NCBI RefSeq assembly: GCF_009834535.1
Contig: NC_045696.1
Coordinates: forward strand, 24,306,001-24,370,000
Origin: Camelus ferus
Lineage: Eukaryota
DNA: 64,000 nucleotides
Reading direction: 5' to 3'
Below, piece after piece: positions 62,971-64,000 of the stretch. A program made the translations under genes and the position numbers. Positions within the stretch are counted from its first letter, which is position 1; each line of letters opens with the position of its first letter. The notes under the pieces were generated by a model. It searched no databases. It was not told the DNA's origin and saw only the letters and a list, made by a program, of their open reading frames with translations.

Positions 62971-64000
62971 TATGACACTCAGCCACTTACTGGATGGATG
63001 AAGATGGGCCTCATCACTTTAATGTGGTATCGTTTTGGTATTTTAGCAATGAAGATGAATATGAGCAAGTAAAAGAAATGTTTCAATAGCTGTTTAATGA
63101 TCTACCCTTTTTGTTTGTAAAATTCATACTTAGTCTTAGTTTAACTCATTGTTTAGACCCTAGACTTATCAGTTCTCCTAATTTGCATGACTGAAAAAAG
63201 TTACTTTCCTATTTTTATATAAAATGCCATTTTCTGGACACCAAAATAAATAAATACAAAAACACATTTTTCCTGATTGTTCTGAACCTTATTATACTGT
63301 TAAAGTTGTTCCAAAGTAGTAAAAATTTTGTTTAAAGCTTCAAAAGAAAGGAATTTGGGATGATGAAGAGATGTGGATCCCTTCCTGGTGGCCTCAAAGG
63401 CAGACAGTCCTTGCTTTGCTCTTGTTTCCTCTTCTTGGTCTGGTCTGTATCCTTCCCATAGGCATCTTCACCTGAATAGTTTCCTGTCCTTTGCGTGAGG
63501 CCAAAGAGAGAGAGAAAGGCTTATTCCCAAATAGAGGCCCTTTTGGAAGCAACCCTGGGCTGTAGGAGATGCCATGGTCCCAACCAGGCAATGAGAGCAA
63601 TGGGAGGAGGGAAGGAAAAACGTGCCAAATTAGTCAGAGTTTTCAAGATGTTTCCAACTCCCCTTTAGGACCATGGTTCACAAAAATGTATTTCTTGCTC
63701 TTAAGGATATGATGAAAATAAAGGAGGTGACAAGATTTGTTGTAGAACTCTGAGAGAACATTAGCCTTAGGGACATGGGGGAAAGATGAGTTATCTTTGA
63801 AAGGGTCTGAATATGACTGAGTTTGGTCTGCTGCAGAGAAAGATAGTGAATTGGTTGGCCCACGGATCTTCGGAGAGAGATTGAAACCACAGATGTGAAC
63901 TCCAGAGGCCCTAACATTTTGGCGATGGCTGAGACTGTAGGATTGTTTGAGGTCCCTCAGGGAACATCAAAATGTGAGGGACAATGAGGAGTCCCATGAG

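Noticed and set aside
1..64000. Protein-coding gene among the supplied ORFs
   Set aside because: Many ORFs start at TTG/GTG, are short, are rich in Leu/Phe/Ser/Cys or lie inside repeats. Only L1 ORF2 remnants are recognisable. A small unrecognised exon cannot be excluded.
1..64000. Prokaryotic-type novel system (CRISPR array, defence operon, retron)
   Set aside because: The sequence is mammalian repeat-rich DNA, with no operon-like ORF density or repeat-spacer array.

Overview
Mammalian non-coding genomic DNA, most likely camelid (alpaca/llama/camel). The evidence is two tRNA-Ala-headed vic-1-type SINEs, lineage-type L1 3' ends, and no Alu, B1/B2, Bov-A/BovB, PRE-1 or SINEC elements. I recognise no protein-coding exon, RNA gene, prokaryotic feature or CRISPR array. 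The supplied ORFs are chance ORFs or decayed LINE-1 ORF2 fragments. Roughly a third to a half of the window is recognisable transposon debris: L1, L2, MIR, MaLR/ERVL LTRs, four solo ERV1-type LTRs, and hAT and Tigger DNA transposons, often nested. The rest is AT-rich unique sequence with a ~7 kb repeat-poor stretch, several CpG-retaining patches and transcription-factor motif clusters, consistent with a large intron or gene desert containing enhancers and perhaps lncRNA exons. I found no convincing undescribed biological system; the findings are modest-interest leads. Repeat family names come from recalled consensus sequences, not a search, and boundaries of old elements are approximate.
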